A stretch of DNA of 64,000 nt from Candidatus Latescibacterota bacterium (GTDB taxonomy: Bacteria > Latescibacterota > UBA2968 > UBA8231), in assembly GCA_965200315.1 (NCBI GenBank), contig OZ241362.1, positions 2,208,001 through 2,272,000 on the forward strand. The letters are read 5' to 3'. The position numbers were made by a program, and so were the translations under genes. Shown here in pieces: positions 10,832 to 18,692 of the stretch (position 1 is its first letter; every line of letters starts with the position of its first letter). The notes under the pieces are model-generated. The model had not been told where the DNA came from. It worked only from the letters and a program-made list of their open reading frames with translations, and ran no database searches.

Positions 10832-10849
10832 CAACCCGCGGCGCACACC

Positions 10850-10888
10850 ACGAGGGAGGGGGGCAAAAGGCCCTTCTCCCTCGTTTCA
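10850..10888 (+). terminator. Probable intrinsic terminator
   Basis: ACGAGGGAGGGGGGC-AAAAG-GCCCTTCTCCCTCGT stem (two G:U pairs) just after the 10831 stop; short U tract. Confidence 0.6.
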
Positions 10889-10910
10889 CGTTCTATCGCA
10901 ATACTTGCCA

Positions 10911-12488
10911 ATGCGTTTTTTCAACACGGCTGGTCCGGTCAAGCCGGCAAAGCACTACTGCATCGCGCCGTTGGATCGGCTGAACTTGGCCGAGATGCTT
11001 GAGCTGGTGCGGGACGAGAAGTATTTCGTGCTACACGCGCCGCGTCAGACTGGCAAGACCTCGGCCCTGCTAATGCTGCGCGACCTGCTCAATGCCGAAG
11101 AGCGCTACCGCTGCGTGTATGCCAACGTCGAGGTCGGACAGGCAGGACGGGAAGATACCCAGCGCGCTATGCAGGCGATCCTCGGCGAATTGGCCTTGCG
11201 CGCCCGGCAGGCCCTGCAAGACGAGCTCGTCGAAGAAATCTGGTTCGATGCCTTGCAGCGCTACGGTCCCGATGGGGCCCTGCGGCAGGTACTCAACCGC
11301 TGGGCGGTAGCCGACCCGACGCCGCTGGTGCTGCTGATCGACGAGATCGACTCACTCGTCGGCGACACCCTCGTATCGGTGCTGCGGCAGCTACGGGCGG
11401 GCTACGACACGCGTCCCGAGGGTTTCCCGCAGAGCGTGGTGCTGTGCGGGGTGCGCGATGTACGCGACTATCGCATTCAATCAACCGCCGAGAACGCCAT
11501 CATCACCGGTGGCAGCGCATTTAACATCAAAGCCGAATCGCTACGGCTGGGTGCGTTCAGCGCGGAGGAGGTGCAAACGCTGTTGGCACAGCACACGGAA
11601 GAGACCGGACAGGTGTTTGCCGACGACGCGCAGCACACCATCTGGGAACTGACTCAAGGGCAGCCGTGGCTGGTCAACGCTTTGGCGTATGAAGCTTGCT
11701 TTAAGAACGAGGCCGGGCGAGACCGGAGTCGTTCCATTGACGCCGCGGCGATCTGGGCGGCGCGGGAACAGCTCATTGCACGGCGCGAGACGCATCTGGA
11801 TCAGCTAGCCGACAAGCTCAAGGAGGAGCGCGTGCGGCGCGTGGTCGAGCCGCTGTTGAGCGGTGGCCAACAACGCCACTTTGCCGACCGCGACGTGGAG
11901 TATGTGCGCGATCTGGGGCTGGTCGCTTACGACCCGCCGTATCGCATCGCCAATCCGATCTACGCGGAGGTGGTGCCGCGCGAACTGACGTGGGTGGTGC
12001 AAGAGGAGTTTGAGCAAGAAACCGCTTGGTATGTGGATGCTGAAGGCGGGTTGGACGTGGGCAAGTTGCTGGCGGCGTTCCAAGCATTTTTCCGCGAGCA
12101 CTCGGAGCACTGGGTGGAGCGATTCCAGTACAAGGAAGCGGGGCCGCAACTGCTACTTCAGGCCTTTTTGCAGCGGATCGTCAACAGCGGCGGTCGGATA
12201 GAGCGGGAATATGGGTTGGGTCGGATGCGGACGGATTTGCTGATCGTGTGGCCGCAGGGCGATCAGATGCTTAAAGTTGTGATCGAATGCAAAATTCTGC
12301 ACAAGAGCTTGGAGCAGACGAAGGCCGAGGGATTGGAGCAGACAGCGGCCTGCATGGATCGCTGCGGGGCCGAGGCGGGTCATCTGGTAATTTTCGACCG
12401 GCGGGCAGGGCGGCGGTGGGACGACAAGGTGTTCCACTGTCGCCGGGAGTCGGATAGTGGAGTGGTGATTGAGGTGTGGGGGATGTGA
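10911..12488 (+). CDS. AAA-like ATPase with C-terminal PD-(D/E)XK-like nuclease domain
   Basis: Starts MRFFNTAGP. Walker A APRQTGKTS, Walker B LLIDEID. C-terminal EREY..G..RTDL...VIECK. Confidence 0.8.
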   Translation: MRFFNTAGPVKPAKHYCIAPLDRLNLAEMLELVRDEKYFVLHAPRQTGKTSALLMLRDLLNAEERYRCVYANVEVGQAGREDTQRAMQAILGELALRARQALQDELVEEIWFDALQRYGPDGALRQVLNRWAVADPTPLVLLIDEIDSLVGDTLVSVLRQLRAGYDTRPEGFPQSVVLCGVRDVRDYRIQSTAENAIITGGSAFNIKAESLRLGAFSAEEVQTLLAQHTEETGQVFADDAQHTIWELTQGQPWLVNALAYEACFKNEAGRDRSRSIDAAAIWAAREQLIARRETHLDQLADKLKEERVRRVVEPLLSGGQQRHFADRDVEYVRDLGLVAYDPPYRIANPIYAEVVPRELTWVVQEEFEQETAWYVDAEGGLDVGKLLAAFQAFFREHSEHWVERFQYKEAGPQLLLQAFLQRIVNSGGRIEREYGLGRMRTDLLIVWPQGDQMLKVVIECKILHKSLEQTKAEGLEQTAACMDRCGAEAGHLVIFDRRAGRRWDDKVFHCRRESDSGVVIEVWGM

Positions 12489-12774
12489 GACCGAACCCCG
12501 TGTAGCCGACCCCGGTCGCGGTAAACCACTAGTGCCAGATACGTTTCTTGGCGTTTGACGTATCTGGCTCCTATTAACCGCAGTGAACAAGCGGCCCTGA
12601 CGAGACGCCCGCGATCCTACGAGGCTCTGAGCCGAGTGAGAGACCAAAACCCTAGTTTGAGAATGCTTCTAAGACATCGAGAAACCGCCGAAAATGGCCG
12701 AAATCAAAAAATGTGATAAAACCCTAGCCTGCGAGGAAGGTGGGAGCCTTTTTTACTCTTCCTTGTTGCGTCGG

Positions 12775-14781
12775 ATGCGATGGGCGCTGTTGGCTTGTGC
12801 CGCGCTGATGTGTAGTCCCGGGGCGGCGCAAGAGTGGTGGCAACTCGGCGGGCAGGGCGGCGTTTCGCCGGCGGACGTGGCGGATTTCAGCCTGATGATA
12901 GACAACGCAGCCGCTTCCCACGCACTCCAGCCCTTTGAACTCGACCCGAGCGAAAACATCTTGCCCCAGCTCGGCCCTTGGCAGCGCTGGCGCTTTCCCA
13001 CCGACCCGCAATTCCGCCCCGGCCATCCGCGCTTTTGGACGGACATCAACCACAACGTCCTGTACAAGGCCACGGAAACCTTTCTCTTCGTCGATGGGGA
13101 CTCGACCACGTACGTGGAGCGACGCGACGATAAGCAGATTTTCTATACCATTGACTTGGGCACTCAAGTGCCGGTAGAGCGCTTTGTATTTTTTCCGCCC
13201 GAAGGCGTCAGCCCCGAAAGCGACGAGCCTTTCAAGCCCAATTACATCCTCAAGTCCTATAGTCTGACGGCCGCCCAAGCCGAGACCGGCATTATGCAAG
13301 AAGAAATAGAGCGCGGGTTCGTCTGGCGGGGCGATGGGCCGTGCTGCCCGCTGGCCATCCCCCTCGGCTACGAGGAGCGCAATGCCGACGCGGAGACCGA
13401 AATCGCGTTTCCCACGCAATACCTCCGCTTCTTCCGCCTAATCGCCATTCCCGACGGATTCACCCTGTACGGCGATCCCATTGTCACGCGCTCGGCCTTT
13501 GCCGAGATGGAAATCTATGGCCGGGGCTTCGCTCCGCAGGCGACCTATGAGTCGCAGATCATAGACTTGGGGCGGGAAGTCAACTTCGGACAGGTGCGCT
13601 TGTCGGTGAGCAGATGGCGCAAGGACGGGGAGCAACTGCTGCCGTCCGGCGGCCCAACCCGCGCCCAAGTGGAAATTCGCACCGGGCGCGACGACACCCC
13701 AACAGCTTATTTCGGCTTTGACGATCTGGGTGCCCATGTAGAGGTGACCAAGAAGCAATGGGATCGACTAATACCTCTAGAGACGCGCGGCGCAACCATA
13801 GCGGTCGGCTTCCGCGGTCCGGTGGCCGAGGATCTGAAAAACTGGAGCTTCTGGTCGCTGCCGTTGGCGGACTCGGGCCAACATCCGCGCCTGCCGTGGG
13901 GCCGCTACTTCCAATTGCGCGTACAGCTAGCAACAGACGCGCTGTGGGAATTTGCCCGCCTCGATTCCCTGCAAATCGAGATCGCGCCCCTGCTGGCCGA
14001 CCGGGTCGTCGGCGAGATCGTCCTCGCGGCGGAACCTCACCCCCAAGGCGGACAAGTGCGCGTCCCAACGGGCGAGCAAACCCCATTCACGTACGACCTA
14101 GGCGTGGAATTTGCCAGCGCGGACCGCATCGGCTGCGACGCCGTGCGCATCTCAGCACCAGCGGAAGCCGCATTTCGCTATCTGGAGATGGGCGACCCGC
14201 TCAGCGTTGTAGAGCCGGATAGCCTGCGGCGTGAGGCAAGCGGCTTTGTGCTGTTCTTGCCGCGCCCCCTGCATCCGAGCGGCGATCAGCGGCTGCGCAT
14301 CGGCCTCGAAGCCGTGCTGTACGGCGAGGCCGGCGAATTTGGCGGCGAGGTTTTCAACCGCAGCGAGCCCAGCCTGTTGCAGCGCGTCGAAGGAGGAGAC
14401 GTCAGCGCGGAGCTAGGCTCCAACCAGTTGCTCGTCGTAGCGTCTGCCGCCTCCACGGGTGGGGTGCTGGGAGACATTGAGGCCGGCAGCGGCGCGTTTA
14501 CCCCCCAAGGCGACGGCGTAAACGACCTGTTGTCCATCCAATACACCCTTTTCCGGGTGCGGGAGTCGTCTCAAGTGCAGGTTGGCGTGTATGCGCTCGA
14601 TGGGCGGCCGATATGGGCAGCGGATCCAAAGGTGCTGGGCGCAGGACGCCATGCAGTGCTTTGGGATGGCCGGGACGCGGCCGGGCAGTTGGTTCCCGTA
14701 GGCGTGTACTTGGCGCGAGTGGAAGTGGAAACGGATAAGGGGCAAGAGGTGCGGATGCAGCCAGTGGCCGTGGCGTACTAG
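12775..14781 (+). CDS. Third secreted FlgD-Ig-tailed paralogue
   Basis: Signal peptide MRWALLACAA. RTGRDDTP, NWSFWS, FTPQGDGVND, WDGRDAAG..VPVGVY, terminal VAY. Confidence 0.75.
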   Translation: MRWALLACAALMCSPGAAQEWWQLGGQGGVSPADVADFSLMIDNAAASHALQPFELDPSENILPQLGPWQRWRFPTDPQFRPGHPRFWTDINHNVLYKATETFLFVDGDSTTYVERRDDKQIFYTIDLGTQVPVERFVFFPPEGVSPESDEPFKPNYILKSYSLTAAQAETGIMQEEIERGFVWRGDGPCCPLAIPLGYEERNADAETEIAFPTQYLRFFRLIAIPDGFTLYGDPIVTRSAFAEMEIYGRGFAPQATYESQIIDLGREVNFGQVRLSVSRWRKDGEQLLPSGGPTRAQVEIRTGRDDTPTAYFGFDDLGAHVEVTKKQWDRLIPLETRGATIAVGFRGPVAEDLKNWSFWSLPLADSGQHPRLPWGRYFQLRVQLATDALWEFARLDSLQIEIAPLLADRVVGEIVLAAEPHPQGGQVRVPTGEQTPFTYDLGVEFASADRIGCDAVRISAPAEAAFRYLEMGDPLSVVEPDSLRREASGFVLFLPRPLHPSGDQRLRIGLEAVLYGEAGEFGGEVFNRSEPSLLQRVEGGDVSAELGSNQLLVVASAASTGGVLGDIEAGSGAFTPQGDGVNDLLSIQYTLFRVRESSQVQVGVYALDGRPIWAADPKVLGAGRHAVLWDGRDAAGQLVPVGVYLARVEVETDKGQEVRMQPVAVAY

Positions 14782-14857
14782 GAACAGCTTGATTCTCAAG
14801 GCATTTTGACTTTATATAGGCGGCGGCTTGTCTTATCCATACCATTCTGCGCCCTTA

Positions 14858-14878
14858 TGCGTCCATCTGCGGATCATC
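14858..14878. repeat. Dispersed intergenic repeat, copy 1 of 4
   Basis: TGCGTCCATCTGCGGATCATC; matches copies at 22083, 24973 and 46996. Confidence 0.8.
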
Positions 14879-14949
14879 GCATGAATGATGTAGGGCTGCT
14901 ATATCTCTCACCCTCGTATCGAACAACCTGAGTAAACAAGGAGAGCTAC

Positions 14950-15555
14950 ATGGTACCACCATGGAACGTAATTGGTAAAGCCGTCGAGACAATTGCTAAA
15001 GTCGCCCCGGCAATAGTCGCAGCCGCCAAGCCTTTCATTAGTAGGTCCGAGCCTGACAATGACGAAGAACAACGCCGAGAACATGAAAAGCAACTCGAAC
15101 ATGAGCTCGAAGAACAACGCCGAGAACATGAAAAGCAACTCAAACATGAGCTCGAAGAACAACGCCGAGAACATGAAAAGCTCGAAGAACAACGCCGAGA
15201 ACATGAAAAGCTCGAAGAACAACGCCGAGAACATGAAAAGCAACTCGAACATGAGCTCGAAGAACAACGCCGAGAACATGAAAAGCAACTCGAACATGAG
15301 CAGCGAAAACGCAAAAAGCAAGTGATAGCAATAGGAGTAGTGTGTCTTATTCTAAGCTTAGTAATTGGCTCTGTTACTTGGTACGGCCTCCAACCCAGCC
15401 AACCTAGTGAGCAGATAGTCGCGCTTGAAGAACTCGAGAAGTACGAAAAGGCACGGGATGCTGGTCTCCAAGCCCTAGAAGATTATGTCATTAACAACCC
15501 GAACAGTCCGTATATTTCCCAAGCAAAAGATCAAATTCGGGCTTATCAAAGATAA
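14950..15555 (+). CDS. Membrane-anchored coiled-coil protein with internal tandem repeats
   Basis: SD AAGGAG. E/K/Q/R/H-rich repeats, then RKRKK and one TM helix (VIAIGVVCLILSLVIG). Ends with a TPR-end-like YVINNPNSPY. Confidence 0.75.
   Translation: MVPPWNVIGKAVETIAKVAPAIVAAAKPFISRSEPDNDEEQRREHEKQLEHELEEQRREHEKQLKHELEEQRREHEKLEEQRREHEKLEEQRREHEKQLEHELEEQRREHEKQLEHEQRKRKKQVIAIGVVCLILSLVIGSVTWYGLQPSQPSEQIVALEELEKYEKARDAGLQALEDYVINNPNSPYISQAKDQIRAYQR
15061..15300 (+). repeat. In-frame composite tandem repeat: 6 x 30-bp unit and 4 x 15-bp unit
   Basis: A=CTCGAAGAACAACGCCGAGAACATGAAAAG (LEEQRREHEK), B=CAACTCGAACATGAG (QLEHE). Order AB AB A A AB AB; copies nearly identical. Confidence 0.95.
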
Positions 15556-15565
15556 GGAGTAGTCT

Positions 15566-16438
15566 ATGTCTATATTTTTTTCTGTTCTTGCTCTAGCGGC
15601 TTGTCTAAGTCTGGTCGCCTGTGGCGACGATGACGAGAAAGCACGGCTCTTAGAGGGGGTCGTAAAACGGTCGGCGTTGAACGACTCTCTCAAGAAGGAG
15701 ATAATCCAGTCCGAACTCGACAAAACCGCTTTAGAGGCCATAAGCGACAGCCTGAGTAAATTTGGGGACCTTCTCTTAGAAAAAAATAATCAGCTCAGCA
15801 ATGAATTGGAGAAAACCAAGCAAGAGGCCGACAAATACCGCCAAGACAACGAGCACTTGCAGCGGGAAATCGTCCAACTAGAGGAGGAGATTGGCCAACT
15901 AGAGGAGGATAAAGTTATCAGCGAGCAGGAAATACGTAGGCTAGCTGTTGCGATCGACAGTATTTCCGTAGATCGGGACCACCTAGTAGGAGCCAACCAA
16001 GAATTAAAAAGCAAACTGACAGAAATCAGGGAGACTCTCAATGCCGTCCACAGGGTTCAGAAATCGGTACGTCTTCTGGTAGGCACTGAGAAACTACTCA
16101 AAAGCAACCGCTTTCTCGAGACAGGGCGCCGTGTGACCCTACGCAAACAATACAAACGCAAACAATACAAATTGGTCGAAAAGATCGAAGGCGACGACTC
16201 TCGGATCAAAATTGTGCCCCTCAATCAGCAACTGGACTTGACGCTAAATTCAATTCCAGAAGCCCTAGTTGGCCGTTCGGGCAAGCTCAAACTAAAAGCA
16301 CTGGTCGACCGCCACGGCAAGCTCAAGGAAGGCCGCGATTACAAAATCAATAAAAGTAAGGGAACTACAAGCATCACCTTTATAAACCGCGTTTTAGAAG
16401 GGACGGCTGTGCTGGCCGTGGTCGAGGTCGAAGATTGA
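15566..16438 (+). CDS. Coiled-coil lipoprotein
   Basis: Lipobox LVAC-GDDD, long heptad region, beta-rich C-terminus; SD AAGGAG. Confidence 0.7.
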   Translation: MSIFFSVLALAACLSLVACGDDDEKARLLEGVVKRSALNDSLKKEIIQSELDKTALEAISDSLSKFGDLLLEKNNQLSNELEKTKQEADKYRQDNEHLQREIVQLEEEIGQLEEDKVISEQEIRRLAVAIDSISVDRDHLVGANQELKSKLTEIRETLNAVHRVQKSVRLLVGTEKLLKSNRFLETGRRVTLRKQYKRKQYKLVEKIEGDDSRIKIVPLNQQLDLTLNSIPEALVGRSGKLKLKALVDRHGKLKEGRDYKINKSKGTTSITFINRVLEGTAVLAVVEVED

Positions 16439-16485
16439 GGAAGTTACCGAGGCTTGTAACTTAAAGAAGGTGAAGAGAGATCATA

Positions 16486-16857
16486 TTGAATAGAATCAAA
16501 CATATTACTGCTAGTCAGGGAGACTACTTCCGAATCGTCCCAGGCATTGCAATAAAGCAAGTGGGCAGTGCAGTTGATAGTGCCTTCTCTGAGCTTAAAA
16601 GCATCATGGATTCACAACAAGCGACGACTGAAATTCCTAATCGGGACCTTCCAGAGGTAATTGATGCACTAAAAAGAGTATGTCGCTTGGTTGCTCAAGA
16701 TGCTGATGAGGGTACACGTGGTATATTCCATAACATTGAACATACTTGCACACAGTTGTTGGAAGATTATTCCGTGCGTCCAGAAGAATCGCAGCCCGAT
16801 CAGGTTCTACAAGACACTGATGATCTACAACAACCTTCAGGAGTGGACGATGAATAA
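16486..16857 (+). CDS. Hypothetical protein
   Basis: 123-aa ORF with TTG start, co-oriented with neighbours and overlapping the next ATG. Confidence 0.45.
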   Translation: MNRIKHITASQGDYFRIVPGIAIKQVGSAVDSAFSELKSIMDSQQATTEIPNRDLPEVIDALKRVCRLVAQDADEGTRGIFHNIEHTCTQLLEDYSVRPEESQPDQVLQDTDDLQQPSGVDDE

Positions 16858-17257
16858 TCAAAATAGTCCTACGCCCGAAATTTTGACCTCTCAAATGGGT
16901 CTGAACTGGAAGAGGTGTTATGGCGATGTCTGGTGTATGCTTAATGCTGTAAACCTTGATCACGAGTATTTCAATAAAGATATCTCTGATATCTATATAA
17001 TTTGGCATGGGGGTACAAGTAGTATAAAGCCTAGGGTGGTATACGTCGGTCAGGGGAACATCAAGGATCGCATAATGCACCATCGGCAGAACCCAGAGAT
17101 ACAAAATTATGAGTATCTAGGGCTTTATGTCACTTGGGCAAGGGTATCCGAGAAGTATCGAGATGGTGTAGAAGCGTACTTGGCCGATAAATGGGATCCC
17201 ATTGTCGGCGAATACTATCCAGAAGTCCTGCCCATAGAGGTGAACTCGCCGTGGTAG
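16850..17257 (+). CDS. GIY-YIG-like nuclease-family protein
   Basis: ATG 16850 after AGGAG. Pattern DIYIIW...VVYVGQGNIKDRIMHHR...VEAYL, with the first Gly replaced by Asp. Confidence 0.6.
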   Translation: MNNQNSPTPEILTSQMGLNWKRCYGDVWCMLNAVNLDHEYFNKDISDIYIIWHGGTSSIKPRVVYVGQGNIKDRIMHHRQNPEIQNYEYLGLYVTWARVSEKYRDGVEAYLADKWDPIVGEYYPEVLPIEVNSPW

Positions 17258-17277
17258 TCATTCGGCTTTTGAACTAG

Positions 17278-17547
17278 CTGAGTCCCAGAATTATCAGAGC
17301 AGGCAGTCTCATTTTTTGGTTTCACAGTTTTGATGCGCTTCACGAGAACCGAGCTAGTGTTCATGTAGGGAAGGGGACGCAAGATGACCACAATGATGCC
17401 AGAATCTAGATCGAACCTACTATCCAGATCGCACGTTCTGGCCGCGTCCTGAGACCACATGAATTAAACCGAGCACTGAAGATCATTGAGCAAAACCAAG
17501 TGTATTTATTGGAGGCATGGTATGAATACAGAGGTAAAACAAACTGA
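17278..17547 (+). pseudogene. DUF4160-like toxin gene with in-frame stop
   Basis: Hand translation: (CTG)SPRIIRAGSLIFWFHSFDALHENRASVHVGKG...DARI*IEP...ELNRALKIIEQNQVYLLEAWYEY. TAG at 17407-17409 sits where the family has Trp. Directly upstream of a DUF2442 gene. Confidence 0.7.
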
Positions 17548-17860
17548 AGAACGGATTAAAGTGAAAAGATATGAGATTCCATATCCGGTTTCTGCATATA
17601 CCTTTCCTCAAGAAGCCTCTATTCGCCATGTGCGCTTTGACGATGTGCATATTCACATCGAATTAGCGGATGGACGCATTCTTTTGGTGCCCCTGCAATG
17701 GATTCCGACGCTCTATCACGCATCGCCCGATGAACGAGAAAAATACGAGATTAATCCAAGCCGCACGACGCTCTTGTGGGATGCCGACAAGTGCGATATT
17801 AACGACGAACTCCATATTGCGGACTATCTCGGCTCTGGTAGATCGAAAAACGGAGCCTAA
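17522..17860 (+). CDS. DUF2442-family (antitoxin-like) protein
   Basis: IHIELADGRILLVPLQWIPTLYHASPDEREKYEI...LLW motif. Confidence 0.8.
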   Translation: MNTEVKQTEERIKVKRYEIPYPVSAYTFPQEASIRHVRFDDVHIHIELADGRILLVPLQWIPTLYHASPDEREKYEINPSRTTLLWDADKCDINDELHIADYLGSGRSKNGA

Positions 17861-17918
17861 AAATTTGAGGACAGTCGCATTGGAGAATGATTCATCACCT
17901 CGCCAAGAAAGCCAAATC

Positions 17919-18692
17919 ATGCCTACATCATCTCATCGCTTATTCGCCTTGCTGTGCGCCGCCCTGCTCGCCAGCGGCTGCGGCCACAAACTCGGCTACC
18001 GCCACTTTGCCGGCCCCATACTGCCGGCCACTAATTTGGCAGGGGCAGATTTCGTCGTCCGCGACGACCACAGCATCACCTTCGTCAAAAACCGCTTGGA
18101 AGTGAGCATGTTGCCGCTGACCGTGGCCATGCTCAATCGGCAGCTAAGCGGCCACTCGCAGCGGCCGGAGGGCTTTCACGATCCCAACCCCTATCTCGCG
18201 CCGGTCAATCCCTACACCTATGGAGACTGGAAACCGGGGTGGGAAGCGGAGCATCCCACCCGCTTTACGGTCTTTCTGCTCAAGGTAAAGAACTACGCGT
18301 ACCCCAAGGTGTGGCTCAATCCCTACTCCATAGAGATCGCCAGCGCCAATGGCCGGCGCTACCAAGCCTTCACCCGGCTAGCGCTAGACGAGTACTTTGC
18401 CCCGTATGCCCTAGGCTATGCGGGCAATACCTTCCTCCCCTTCCGCGAGCGGCGCGACCTGTTGACCCGCACCATGTATCCAGAAGACGAGATGATCTTC
18501 AGCGGCCAAGAACGCGAAGGCTTCATCGCCTTCGCCCCGCTGGCTAATGATGTCGAAGCACTTGAAGTGCGGATCCCGGAGATAGTACTGCGCTTCGACT
18601 ACCGAGATCAGCCGATAGAGACCATAGACATCGCCTATCCATTTACGCGCGAAGTGTACTTGGCCAAGCAACGCCGCGCCGAGGAACTCTAA
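17919..18692 (+). CDS. Hypothetical lipoprotein
   Basis: Lipobox LASGC after a hydrophobic core; stop overlaps the next start. Confidence 0.65.
   Translation: MPTSSHRLFALLCAALLASGCGHKLGYRHFAGPILPATNLAGADFVVRDDHSITFVKNRLEVSMLPLTVAMLNRQLSGHSQRPEGFHDPNPYLAPVNPYTYGDWKPGWEAEHPTRFTVFLLKVKNYAYPKVWLNPYSIEIASANGRRYQAFTRLALDEYFAPYALGYAGNTFLPFRERRDLLTRTMYPEDEMIFSGQEREGFIAFAPLANDVEALEVRIPEIVLRFDYRDQPIETIDIAYPFTREVYLAKQRRAEEL

Noticed and set aside
10671-10910. N-terminal extension of the AAA ATPase
   Set aside because: It overlaps the upstream gene and its terminator; the family begins at MRFFNTAGP.
15061-15300. Possible CRISPR array
   Set aside because: There are no unique spacers, units are multiples of 3 within an ORF, and no cas genes are present.
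14908-15321. Antisense repeat ORFs (Cys/Ser-rich 14946..15314; Phe/Leu-rich 14908..15321) as RiPP precursor or membrane protein
   Set aside because: They are shadows of the plus-strand repeat gene, which has an SD, a TM helix and operon context.
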